DNA of 64,000 bases from Trichosphaerium sp. ATCC 40318 (taxonomy: Eukaryota; Protista; Tubulinea), in contig JALMLS010000577.1 in assembly GCA_038496445.1 (NCBI GenBank), positions 868,001-932,000 of the forward strand. The letters run 5' to 3'. Under the pieces are notes generated by a model. The model ran no database searches and was not told the DNA's origin. It saw nothing but the letters and a program-made list of their open reading frames with translations. This document shows, one piece after another, positions 40,802 through 53,759 of the stretch; position 1 is the first letter of the stretch, and each line of letters opens with the position of its first letter. The translations under genes were made by a program, and so were the position numbers.

Positions 40802-42078
40802 TAGCACTCAAAACAGTAACATCCAACACCAATGTTAACCTCTTCACAGACTCCACATACGTCATACATTGCGCAACGAAATGGACCAGGTTGCCGCACA
40901 ACAAACAAATCAACTCGCCAAACAGAGCCATGATCATGGAGCTAATAGACACCATCGAAAACCGGCGCAAGCAAAACGTGTACACCAGAATACACAAAGT
41001 ACCATCACACGTACCTGAAAAACTCAAAAAACTGGAAACATCGCCTAGACCAAACGCAAAAATACACATAGAACTCAGTACGCTCAGGAAGGAATTCGGA
41101 GAAGACATCAAATGGATATTAGACGGAAACGAAAAGGCAGACAACTTGGCTAAAAATGGACTAACGGCGCACAAACCTGACCCACCGAAGAGAAGAGATA
41201 CCAAACATTGCGCATTGTACACTTTCAATGAAACCCTGATTGAAGGTAACATTAGGAAACAAATACACAGCAGGATATACAAAAAGGAACTAGAAAAATA
41301 CAAATCAGATTACCCGGACACGATCAACCAGGACATCAGCATATCCACGGCACTCAACAAAAACCCGATAGAGAACGATGCACTCATCAGATTCCAACAC
41401 AAGGCCAGATGTGGCAAATTATGTGGTAGATATGAAATGAACAAACGAATCGGCAAACACAACAAGAAAGAATTCAACGACAAATACAACGAAATCACAT
41501 GCCTTTTATGTGGGCACGAAAAGGACGACACGCAACACATACTCAACGAGTGCAGGGCAACGCAAAAGAAACGAGACAAAATCAAGACACGAACAACGAA
41601 CAAAATACGAAGGGCATTTAACCGTATGGCAAGGAAAAAGAAAAACAGAGAGCTCATGCAAGGAAACTGGATAGACGGCAGAACTTTTATCCCAACCAAG
41701 GTAGTAATAGCGTGTCTACAAGCAGGATACAAAACGAAATACACACACGACAAGCTCACCAACATACAAAAGAACATGACAAGGAAGTATAGGAAGATAT
41801 ACATGAAGAGATGCAAGGCAACCGACATGGAATGGAAGAAACAATATGCAGCTGCGGCAGCGGCACTCCACCACCCACCCATAGACTAAACCTGAAGTTC
41901 ATGCACAGGTTTGGTCACTGGTCTGAGACCGGCCCGCTTCTGACAATGAGTCTCAGAACGGCAGCGCATACGCGCCGGCTTTAAGCGAGTTCCGTATATA
42001 CATGGACCCGGTCGACCCAGCGTTGAAAAACTGGGACCAGACAGAAACAAACAAACAAACAAAACAAAGCTGATCGAT

Positions 42079-42776
42079 ATGAAACACATTGCTTCTTACA
42101 TTGGGAATTTGAAAGTCAAGGCCTTTATAGCCTTTGGCAGTTAGAAACTTCATTGACTTCCCTGGTAGGGCCGATAACAAAGCACAAAGACAGAGATGCA
42201 ATGAAAGCGCATGCGCACATTATTCGATGTGTACAAGATTGTTGTATTGGATTAAGTCTCGAACAGCTTTTTATACCACTACGAATTTCATGAAAAAAAA
42301 ATTGTGGTAAAAAAACGCACAAATTCCTGATCAAGAAGTGCTACTTGTTTTGTGTAGTCAACATTACAGGGGAATCTTTCAAGTCACTTACAAACGCTAA
42401 AATTGTGCACATGCCTGACAGTATCACAGTCTTTGACAAAGACTTACTACACCTAAAATCGATTAAAAAGATTAGCTTAGCAGGAGACATGCTAACAAAT
42501 AACTGCGCTAACTTTTTACCATATGCAACTCGCGTTTGTTTGCCGCCTTGGCACCCACAGCTAGATTTAGAAGCATTTCCCCGAAATGGAGAAGAAAGTG
42601 AGTTTCCTCATGGCTCCTACAAAAATATACCGATAAAAGATGGGCACTATATCCTAGAAGAGTTCAACTATGTACAGGGAAAGAAATCCTACGAGACTCA
42701 AAGATTGGAGTACTCGCGAACCCAAAAAAAACATTTTACGCCCAGAAGTGTTCGATTAAAGCAACTTGGTCTGTAA
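42079..42776 (+). pseudogene. Internally deleted F-box/LRR copy directly after the LINE tail
   Basis: ATG...KAFIAF, NFIDFP, AAA TTG TGG (KLW), then an open LRR C-terminus NAKIVHMP...ANFLPYATRV. Confidence 0.8.
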
Positions 42777-43049
42777 ACAAACAGTTCTTGATATTGACAA
42801 TAAAGTTGCTTCCTTCAAATATCTTGATGAAGACTCCACTTTTTCCAAACATTTTATATTCACGTTGTCTCTCCTTCTTCAAGATTGCTACTTACTTGTT
42901 TCGTTTAATGTAAAACGTGTATTGGCTTAGCAGTGTAAAATACCAAGTAGTTAACAGGTCATAACCAGCAGTGATTGTAAGCCACCTACGGTTTAAATAA
43001 AACCTTCTTATTCTTGTAGCTACTGTAATCTTAGTGACCGATTGCTCCG

Positions 43050-46000
43050 CTTTGTCCTTGTTGTTTTATACTTGTTTGCTATTCTGGCTTGCCCAAAGAA
43101 CCAACCTGTCGAGGAAAACGATTTTTGTAGTCGCTATCACGCATGATTGTGCACATCTTGGATCAAGTTCAAAAACCATGTCGAAAAGCAACATTGGCGA
43201 GGTTTCAAAGAGATGGACAATTTTCGTGACTTTATATTTTAGATCTGGATTGCACTGTTGTTGGTAGCAATACTGTTGAAGCAAGCACAGCTTGTAATAA
43301 TACAAGGTAAGAACAAAACTCAATCAACTTTTACCCACATTTTTTTTTATTTTTTGTTTGCCGTGCACAAAAACAAATTGAAACCCCAATAATGTGAATA
43401 CTTGAATATTGTAGCAGCGTTTTGACATTGTGCGACTGACTTCGTGCTTTGTCTTGCCCTTAGGCGAGTCAATGTAGGTGTAAGTACTTGACACAATGGA
43501 CACAGACTATAAATGTCTCGACTCTTTAACCCCCTGCAGTCAGTGGTGATGTGCTCATGTTCGAGTCTGCTTTTGTTACTTTTTGAAACATTGCACCTAT
43601 TAAATTACCTACAAGACCCTTTGCATGTATGAAGCAGTGTTCAAACATATTTCAGTTGCCTAACCAGCTAATGAATATGGTTCTATTGTTCGCCCTCGAG
43701 CAATCGTTATTCTGAGCACATGTTTGTGGTATTACCGGCGGTGGCTAAAACTGTTACCCTTTGATCTTGTAGTTAGAATGATCAATCGAGCAACATCAAT
43801 GTATATCTGCCTTTGCGATATAAATACTTCACTTGTTCATAGTGCTTGCAAGTTGTACACCTTGAAAACTACGAGAAGTAATAGTTTGACTTGAAACTTA
43901 CACTTTCATCACAATTCTTCTAACATACTTGTATAGCGTTTCTTGGAGGCATTGAGATTGTCACTTCAGTCACAAAAAGATAGACCATTATGTGCATGGT
44001 ACCTTTTACGTAAATCCACGAGAAGTCGAGGCATTTATAGCCTGTGTCAATCCCCAATACAATTTCTTGTGGATGGAGCCCGCGTTGCTGGGATGTTTGA
44101 TGGTAAACCAAACAATTTCATGGACTTGCCTACAAGGGCCTAAACCAAAGTACTAGGTCAGATATACAATGGCAGCGACATACACAGTAATTGATACTTT
44201 CAATGTGTTAATGTAAGCAGGCAAACTTGTTTTATGCTCATCAACTTTCAAAAAAAAAAATTGTGTATTGTAGAAAATACATTAACATTCCAGCCTTACA
44301 TCACAGAGGCCTTGAAGGTCATAATCCATTATCTTTTGAATTTAGCCTTTGGATTAGATATAAAAAGTGCAATAACATGAAAGCCTACGTTATAACCTGA
44401 CTCCTTTCAGCTATAGAACAATAATAGCACAATGTCAAAACTCCAGCGATAGAACACTGCCAAAAAAGCAAGTCCAGAAATTGTCCATCTCTTTGACAGC
44501 GCCTAACAGTTTTCGGTTTATTTCTATTCGTACTCAGCGGAAGCTTGGTTGTAAACTGCATTACTAAGGGTAGTTTCTAAAGGTACTGATCGCTCAATTC
44601 AACGGAAAATGTCAAAGAGATCTACGTGTTCACAGAAAGGGCTTTGTTGCGTACGATTGTTTTGTCATAGATGCCTTTTACTGCTTTTTCGAGTTTGTAG
44701 TAGCTTCCCGAGCTCAGTTAAAACACCTCCACGTATTTAAGCGCTGCTCAAGAGCCTTTAGGTATGATTGCAGTACGATAGATGTTTTTCTAACTCTGTC
44801 GCTGCTGGGACACTATGCAAGCTTGTTAAAAAACTGCTTCCTGTTTGGGACAAGACTATTATGCTTGAACTTGAGGAATCGCCCAAGCCAGGGAAGTCAA
44901 TGAAGTTGTTCTTGCTTAATAGCGAACGCAAATTACATTTGGCTTAATGGTAAGCCTTCACTGGTCTCTTGTAAGAAGCGCTGATAGAGGATATAAATGC
45001 CTTGACTTTCAAACACCCAATTTAAGTAGCCATCATGCGGATATTTGATCAAACCTTTAGGTTTCAGGATGTGTAAGATCATCATAGTTTAGTCAAATGA
45101 ATAAAAGCAACAAGAGATTTCAAAGAGATGGACAACACATTTTTCTTGACTTTCTTTATTTAGATAACAGCAAGCAACTATCGTCAATACCACAATTTTT
45201 TTATTCTGAAAGTTGATGAGCATAAAATCACGACTGATTGCTTACATTAACACATTGAAAGTATCAATTACTGTGTAAGTTCCACCATTGTGCAACTGAC
45301 CTTGTACTTTGGTCTGAGCCCCCGTAGGCAAGTCCATGAAATTATTTGATTTAGTCAAAAACCCTGCTGAGCGGGCTCCATCCACAGAAATTGTATTGGG
45401 GATTGACGCAGGCTATAAATGCCTCGACTTCTCGTGGATTTACGTAAGAGGGGTGCATACACATAATGTCTATCTTTTGTTATTTTACATATCAGTACAA
45501 TTGTAAAAAATTACATTTTACAAAAAGCTAGTCCAACACTTGCATGATGCCATTTGTGTAAGACTACGGGTGAAGTCAGGCGTTTATAGCCATTTCCGCT
45601 CTCCGAAACAATTTCTTGCAGGAGCCTGTAAGAACAGGAAGTTCTGCTGCAAAGCCGAACAATTGCATTGACTAACCTACTTGGCCGATAACAAAGCACA
45701 AAGTCAGAGTACCTCGAAAGGCGACATACATGATATCAAACAATACAGTATAAACTTCAAACGACGATACCTTTTGAACTCGACTATTCTTCGTTAAAAA
45801 AAATTGTGGTTTTGTCTGTTTGACCCACAATTCAACAACGATAACAAGTGTTTATCAATACTGGGTACCGTTTAATATTTACCTGAATACTTGTAGAGGC
45901 ACTTTACAATAACTAAATAAGGAAGTTAGCTGCTAGATCTCTTTGCGACCGGTCGTAGCTTCGAATTTGTACGCCTGTATACACCGTTTAGATCTTGTGC

Positions 46001-46660
46001 GTTTCCAGCATGAAATAGTACGTATACGATAAGTTATGTTACATACTGTATAACCACCTATACTATATCGCTTTCTACGCGCAAAGAATCGTATTAGGTA
46101 ATCTGGAGGAGTTTTAAACATGATAATTACTAATACTACGAAAGCTGGCTTTGACAAGCACAACGCTTCGATGATTTAAACCCCAGACACATAGCCTTTC
46201 CGTTTTGTGACACATGAACTTGCTTGTGTTCAGTTTAGCCATTTTTTCTTTAACGTATTTGACTAGAAAAAAATGGAGCAATTTCTTTTCGAAAAACTAG
46301 CTAGTTTAACAAGTATGAACCACAGTCAACACTGCTGAACAAGTGTGGTCAATAGATACAATAAAAAGCGTTCGAAAGTGTACACGTGCTCCTTACGTAG
46401 GGAATTTGAAAGTCAAGGCCTTTATAGCCTTTTACCTTACCCCAAGTACAACTATTTCATGTAAATGAGGCCAAGCGGATACTTGGAGTCCTGGTGATAA
46501 CACAAACATCTTCATTGACTTCCCTGGTAGGGGTGATACTAAAGCACAAAGGCAGAGTGCAATAGCAAACTCCATGCTTACTGTCCGAATATATGTCAAT
46601 GTTGTATTATGTGATGGTTTTGTATTCGTCTGACTGCAGAAAAAATAATTGTGGTTTTGT
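43050..46660. pseudogene. Cluster of six degenerate F-box/LRR relics in mixed orientation
   Basis: Leader units at about 43335-43523(-), 44022-44265(+), 44730-45012(-), 45190-45432(-), 45572-45809(+), 46408-46653(+); LRR remnants (KIVHLF, PEIVHLFD, KIVFLDR) between them. Confidence 0.75.
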
Positions 46661-47077
46661 GTAGACTTAGATCAATCAAAGTTTGTCATGTCATACTTTT
46701 TCTCATGAACTGCTTGTTCACGTCTCGTGACTTCCATTGCGAAGGTTCTTTCGATGTACTAAACAAGTAAGTGAAGAAAACCATCGCTTTGCCTTTTCCG
46801 AAATAAATGAATGGCCATTTTTTCTATTGCCACAATTTTTTTTGCGCATCTAAGAATATAGGTGATACAACACCTCTTACGAACAAAATGAGAGGAAAAC
46901 ATACTGCGTTAACAAACCAATTAGTCTAAATTAAGAAACATGCTGATCAGTTTTTAAAGTCGTGTACGTTTAGTATCTCAATCTTGAAAAGAATTTGTGA
47001 AATGAAAGGCACAATAGCTAGGATAGGTCTGTTACCGATTTTTTTTATTTCCCTTTTTGTATTGATTCTTTCCACTT

Positions 47078-48739
47078 TTACTCTTTAGTTAACACAAACG
47101 AATGATTTGATCCTGCAGCAACTTGAACAACCTAAAGGCTATTAACTCAAATTTCAAGCGACTTTCTTACTTTTCCTTTTGTTGCAGCTATTCCTGGTTC
47201 TGAAAAAAGACGTAAACAAATAAAGCTATAAATGGCAAAAGAAAAAACGCACTATGATATTCACCATTCCTTCCAAGTTTGCCCTTATATGATTCTCCCC
47301 AAGTCCATACAGAACCTTCTGTATCAAGTGCAAGAAAGTGCTTCTCGCCTAATTATTTCCATTAAATTCGTACTCATTCTACGATGAGGTTCAACTCTTA
47401 CCTGCTGCAATAGATACCACTTTTTTTGCTGTTTTTACTTTACCACCTTGGTTATAAACGCTGATAACTGTGCCATCTTTTTGTAACAGTATAGTTGAAT
47501 CCTTACCCACAGCAGCAGCTATAACATTGGATGTAGACATCTAAGGTATTTAATAAGTGATATCTAAAGCACGATATAAGTACCTTTGAGAACAAGTTTA
47601 CTTCCATTACTTTTTTATCAATACCAAGTTGACCAGTACTATTATCTCCTTGATCATAATAAGCTCTGAATATTAAAGAGCCTTGGATGTACCAGTACTA
47701 TAAGCGCAACCATCTTTTACTAGCACTGTGTGACCTAAGCCACAAGCAACTTGTATCGAAGACAGGTCTTGTTCCTTAAATAGCTCTTTACTATTTATCT
47801 TGTTTGGCACATTGCGATTTAACAAATCTCCTAATCCTAGCTGACCTCGTTCATTCTTACCTAGGACAATATTAGTAAATACGTTGTCAGCAAAAAGAGA
47901 TGACCACTAAAAGATCAAAACGAAACAATGAATCATTCGTCATGTAGTACCAAACGAGTAAATTGCAGATTTTGAAACTACAACAGTATGGAAACCACCG
48001 CCAGTAACACTCACTACATCATCTTTAAGTGCCTCGATAACTTTTGGAGTAGAAAAACTAGTTTCATTCCCGTGGCCAAGAGCACCTTATAAAATGTATC
48101 AACAAACACTACTCTCCACACAACACGAGTACCATAAAAGCCACAACCCCAACCGTATATTTTTCCTAAAGAAAGAACTTAGCTTTGATCGGGTAAAGGT
48201 TTTTCTTACCGGCGCTAACTGCGAATGCCGTGGAATCACCTGCTCCGATAGCAGTTATTTTTACATCTTTAAGCTTGTCTACAAGTGTTGGCAACCATCT
48301 GTTTGAGTGTTAATTATATACGTGTGCGGTACGTGCCTGTCTGTATCCTTTTGTCCATGGCCAAGCTGGCCGTAATGACACTTTCCCCAAGTGTAAAGAG
48401 ATCCGTTTGTGTCCAAACCGAGTATATGAGCTGCACCTGTCGCTATTGTAGAGAATTTTATCTTATTTAAGGCTTTACAGCGTGTAAACCGTGCAAGCGG
48501 AATCAAGTTTGCCTAAATATGTATTAAAATATCTTCTTTGTACCTGACACGCGAAACAAAGCGAAACGAATCGGAAGAAACTACTTTTGGCTATTTTAAC
48601 AACGTACTTGCGCTAAACGTCCGTAATTACCGTGACCGCACCCCTGAAGATTAATATCATACTTTTCGCCTTTACAGAGATCTTTTGGATCAATATCTGT
48701 GTCAGGTCTTCTTTGTTTAATTGCAGCCAAGAAACTCAT
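47078..48739 (-). CDS. RCC1-repeat beta-propeller protein; multi-exon
   Basis: IATGAAH...LYTWGKCHYGQLGHG, GGGFHT, VACGLGHT, VAAGSNHS. Confidence 0.92.
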
Positions 48740-49038
48740 GTCTAGTACTCACTGTAGCGTGCTGTGAGTATTGATGACTGTTTTAAGGAATAACAGAAAG
48801 AATTTAGCCGAAAAAAATAAAAGTGAATATTGAACTGGTTTATTTGTTTCACAGAAACTCTGTAATCAGTTTAAATATCGGTTTGTACTTGTTATTTGAT
48901 CATTATGTAATTCGAATACTATAGCTTCTAGCAATACTGTCTAAGCAACCTATCGGCTATTTCTTCAAAAGTAATTGGTGGTGTTTTCTTTGTTAGAACA
49001 ATATGACAAATAATGGTCAAAAAAAGAAAGTGTTTATT

Positions 49039-50483
49039 TTAAATTTTGACGTAAAGTATACTTGTAGAATTTACACAAACATACAATTCATTACCAAATA
49101 ATCTTAGTTTTGTAATTTTTTTCAAGCAAGGAACAGTCTTTAGCTTAACCATATGTTTTGTAGTGCGACAATACTTAAGAATACCACTTCTACAGCCTAA
49201 AAGTAAGTCACCTCTTGAATCTGTTGTAACATCATTAACATCTTCTTTACTCCAATCTTCTGTAAAGTCTCTTAAATTTAATACTGTAGAAACAACCCCA
49301 GAAGCTGTTACTGATCTTATTCTTGTCCTATCAACCACTAATATAACTTTAAAGACTTTATCATAACAAACTCTTTTTGGATAAGCAAAAGTAGCTTTTT
49401 GACCACAACCGTCTACTACTTGTTGACCTTTTTTGGATACTCCAGCAAGCACTTTTACCTTTGCTTTTGTTTGGCCTTGAGGTAATGTTTTAATAGGTAC
49501 TTTTGCCAGTTGATAATGCCATGTATCCGCTACAATCAAATCACCAACGTTATCAAAGCAAATACCTTCTTGAAAATAAAATATCGATTTTGCAATTCTA
49601 TTCCCAGCAACTGTCTCAACTACACCTAATTTGAACAAAAGTTAGCTATACTAGTGTATATCTTTTTGGATAAATACTGAGTTGAATAATTAAAAAAAAC
49701 GAATCACGTGGTACCTTTTGAAAAGTCTATCTTTCGAACGCAATGGTTTCCAGAGTCCGATACAAAAACGTTGTAATCACTGTCTACCTCTATGTCACAA
49801 GGTGCATTAAACATCGCTAATGGTATTGGTCCATCATGTAGACCTAGTATCACAATATAAGAAGGATTGGAAGTACTGATTTTTGGACTAAGAACAAAGT
49901 GAAATTCAAAACCAACAATCAATCAGTCTTTGCGTGCAATTGTACCATTTCCTCGATCTTCTCCGGCGATTTTTGTTACAGTTCCGTCGGTTGTGTCTAG
50001 TTTTAATACACTACTGCTTGTTTCGTCCAGAATTAATAGCTATTGGGTTATTAGATAACATTATGACGCGTGTCGGTTCAAGATCACAAAAAAGCCGTAC
50101 GTGACCATCTCTATCCTGGGCGAACCCCATAATATTACCAAATGCGGATTTAGTCGGTTTTGAAGTTTGTAACGTGTCGTTTTGAGTTGTTGGAGTTATT
50201 TCGAAGCCAGCAACTGTAGTAAACGTATAGACAGTTGACAGATCCTATCAAGGAGTTAAACAGGCGGTGTAGTACGCTTTTACGGCTCTAATATTACTTT
50301 ATACGTAGGAGTCCCATCAATCGCTGATTTAAAGTATTTACAAACGCGCCGAAGCTGTAGGAGATCTTTTATATCTAAAATAAGCGATCTAATAAATATT
50401 TCTCCAAGAATCTCCAAAGGCATATTTAACGGTGTAATTGATCTCGCCATTGCGTATGGAGCTTTCAAAATAGTGAATTCCAT
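49039..50483 (-). CDS. F-box + NHL-repeat protein; multi-exon
   Basis: MPLEILGEIF...LLQLRRVCKYF; FNAPCDIEVD...VFVSDSGNHCVRKI; EGICFD...LIVADT. Confidence 0.85.
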
Positions 50484-50584
50484 TACTGCTACGGATATTA
50501 AGCCTCCTGTCTAAAGTACCTTCACTGAAAAAGTTGAGAGTAACACCAAAAAGGCTTTACAATAAACGGTTTGAAAATATTTTA

Positions 50585-52110
50585 TTATGTATTGCCACGT
50601 GGTGGTACAGAAGTTCCAGTCCCTGTTTTTTGTCTTCGGCTCAACCTGAAGGGTTGTATAGAGTTCCTTAAAGGTCTTATTGTGTAGAAAGCAATGATTA
50701 CCAAAGCAATCACTACGATTACTATAGCAACAAGTATTCCTACAATCATACCAATGTTTACATCATCCTACAATTGGTTAACTACACTTCACGTGTCATA
50801 GCATGCCTTCTCTGAATTGCATTGATTCAGCATGGTTACTGTCCCAAGTACTAGTTTTATCAATGCGCATGATGAATCAAGGTGCTTATTTGTTATCTTG
50901 CTAGTATTCAGATATGCACAAGAAGTATCATTTAACACAAGAACAGTTGCAGTATCTGTCAAGTCATCATTTACAACTAATGTTCCGTCTAGAGTAAAGC
51001 ATCCATAAACAGTGACCTAACACATAGAATAAGATACATACCTAGTAACGTGCAGACTTACTTGAACTTCAGGCTCCAGAGCAAGAACTCCTTGTGACGA
51101 GACGGTAAGATTTTTTTGAAAAGTAACATCACTCGGAATAAGTTGTACTCCTGAAACAGTATAATCAGATACCACCGTCCATGTACCATCTATACACTCT
51201 GCATCAGGTACTGGAATATCACCGATGCAACCTGTACAGTTAAAGCTGTACTCAAGCGAAGCAAGGATAATTTCAAATCCCTGAGGAGTCAACACATCAA
51301 TGTGATCATGCACGAAAAACAATCCAACTCTGCAATGTGGTGCTATGAATCCATCTGCCATCTCATCTCCCTATTCAATGGTATCACAAAAGAGCCAACA
51401 CTAAGTAACCTCGTACAGTATCAAAGTGGAATAACGCTGGTTGTCCGTTTAGTGCAACAGCGTCAACCTTGGCACCAGGAGGCATTGGACTTGTTGCTAC
51501 GTTGTAATGTTTTGTGCTGTTGTAAATGGTAATATTACCGGATAACCCCGCGATCAACGAACTTTGCGAACTAGCAATACGTATAGTATCCGAGTCATAC
51601 ATGTCAAAGTCTAAACTATAGTTAGTTTACAGAAAGCCACTATTCTAATTAATGCCTTGTCCAAATCCAAGAGCAGAGAAAGCATTACGCACGCATACCA
51701 CCATGGGCGCTGCTAGGTCTTTAACATTTCCTAAATTGGTTGATGCTGTCCTAGACGATACAAACTATGCATTTATGGTCAGTAAACTAGTGTAGACGCT
51801 GTAGGCAAGATGTTTTGCGTATTTTTGTACCACTGCATCGTAGTTTAGAGCCAGGTGTTTTTGATTGTTTTTAAAACTGCTGTCGTGTAAGCACGTGATA
51901 TTTATCCCTCGATTTTCAAGCTGTTCGACCAATAGAATGTCGGTTGGAATTTTCACAAGGCCATCATTGGTACATTCTGTCTGTAAACTGTTAACAGTAG
52001 AGAAGATAAAAAGAAACGCGAATAACACGTACAACAAACAACAAATTATATCCGTGAGTAATAGAAAGTATTTTTAATAGTACTATCGTTTTTAAAAAGC
52101 TTGATACCAT
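50585..52110 (-). CDS. Single-pass type I membrane protein of unknown function; multi-exon, start approximate
   Basis: Hydrophobic signal-like YVLFAFLFIFSTVNS; C-terminal TM IGMIVGILVAIVIVVIALVIIAF with a short basic tail. Confidence 0.65.
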
Positions 52111-52512
52111 TTAGGGATAACGAAGAGTGTTATAACTTAAAATAGACTAAAAACCCGGAGCTCGCATTTTTGCTCGTAAGTTTCTTTGAAATTTCTGAGG
52201 TGTGACACTGTTGTCCTTCCTGAATAGATAGAGTCAGTAAAGATATTGCCACAGCGGTATCTTACAAAATAGTAACACTGTGTCATTTTGTGTAGCTATT
52301 CGGTGAAGTTAAAACCGCTTTGCCTATGTACTAAGATAAAAACTCCACGATCTTCACGAAGTCACTCGCTTAAAGCTCTTTGCACACGAACTTGACTACG
52401 ACATATCTTGGGAGATAATTTAAGCCATAGTACGAAACAGGTACAGATTACCACTGAATAAACATAGACTTTTGTGGTACAACTTTGGTACAAAAGTTTA
52501 TTTCATTTTCCA

Positions 52513-53492
52513 CTATTTATTTCTCGGTGGATTAGGATTATGTACACGTACATATGCTTTATCCATCTTATCGCGTGTACTAGCGCTTGTTTCTTGTCTC
52601 TTTGAGGCTTTTTCAGGGTCAAGATACAATGCAATGAGCATACGGTTGTGTGGTGTAATTTTTTCGTCTATTGTTCTCCATTTACAATCGTATCCTATTT
52701 TACCAATTTTCAGTTAAAACAGCAATAAAGAAAAACAGTACCTGCTTGGAGTATACGTCCCATTGTGAGTATATTCTTTGTTGCGGCTACAGAAAGACCT
52801 TCTAACTTTGCTATAGCTTTGATTTGGCCAGTTCCCTTATGACAGCATGGCATCAGAGCAAAATCAACTTTCCTTAAGAATCCATTAGTAACTGTGGTTT
52901 TTTTTTTCTTTGTTTACGTTGAAATACAAATTTCCATTATGCGGTCTGACAAGTGCGAACAAGCATGACATGCCACAACACATATCTCCTTGTGAGAGTA
53001 TGTCTCCAAGTATTTCTTTATTACAATTATTAACTCTTCATGAAGGTCACCATCATTGTATACCACAGAGCAAGACACAAAGTCATTCCTTCCGAAAAAA
53101 ATATTAACTAAATGAAGTGTCACATTATCTCTCACATACCAACAGGCCTTCATATTGTCATAGGATTTGGGCCGGTACTTGTCTAATATGACTACTGTAT
53201 CTGGCCTACAGTACGCACCATAAATAAGGCCCAAAAGGCCGTGTGAACCGCAAACATCTATATACACTTTTTTTTTGCTTAGGTGCTTTCTTGTTTGCTT
53301 GAAAAACGCAAAACCTAAACAACAGACTTCCTTTAGGCCATTTAGAATTAAATTCGGCGTACACTCGCTAAGTTCCTTTGTTTTTGGTCTAGGCTTTGAT
53401 GCTGAGCGCCAAGCAAGGTAAAGGCTACGCTCTAGAGATAATTTAACCTTTTTTGTGTCTTCTGTTTGTTTTTCCTCAGCAACTGCAGCCAT
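52513..53492 (-). CDS. SAM-dependent methyltransferase (Methyltransf_32-like); multi-exon
   Basis: YIDVCGSHGLLG, VACHACSHLSD, FALMPCCH, ITPHNRMLI. Confidence 0.8.
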
Positions 53493-53759
53493 AACGTCAA
53501 TTAATACGCTACAGGCTAACCAATTAAGTAAACTAATGTGACAGTTATTGTACCAGTTTATAGGTTTGGTTACAGTTAGAAAAGCAATGAAACACTTCTA
53601 CACTACAGTGAAGACGCCATTTATGTACTGATAATTCAAATGTCAAGAAGTCAACATAATTTCTGCCTGTTAAGCGGCTAGCAGCTTTTTAACGCTATAA
53701 TACGCGCTGCTGTACAAAGGAGAACACGTAGCAATAAAAAATCTGAACAAGTAACGGAA

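Larger units (their letters stand above)
33906..41889 (+). pseudogene. LINE ORF2 (APE-RT-RNase H-zinc finger) interrupted by two TIR elements
   Basis: APE: LLSFNAQG, IQEP, NVYAP, GGDFN, TRID, SDHLP. RT: NYRPIAL, QNGFR, DLRKAFDSV, GVRQGDILSP, YCDD, YKYLG. RNase H: WTDGS, AELEA, TDS, KVPSH, GNEKAD. Zinc finger CLLC...HILNEC. Confidence 0.95.
31330..42068 (+). mobile_element. Non-LTR retrotransposon (LINE) with APE, RT, RNase H and C-terminal zinc finger; 5' boundary approximate
   Basis: Abrupt A/C-rich strand bias, two ORFs, GC-rich 3' UTR, (CAAA)n tail at 42045-42068. Confidence 0.95.

Noticed and set aside
35940-41882. Multiple minus-strand ORFs within the LINE (the plus-strand ORF at 62078-62596 is the same kind of artefact)
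   Set aside because: Antisense shadows of compositionally biased coding sequence
42090-42310. Repeat unit as a U1 snRNA variant (ACTTAC, CATTGAC, AATTGTGG in U1-like order)
   Set aside because: The Sm-like site lacks a U, spacing is too long and variable, and synonymous-type variation plus downstream LRR remnants favour an F-box coding origin
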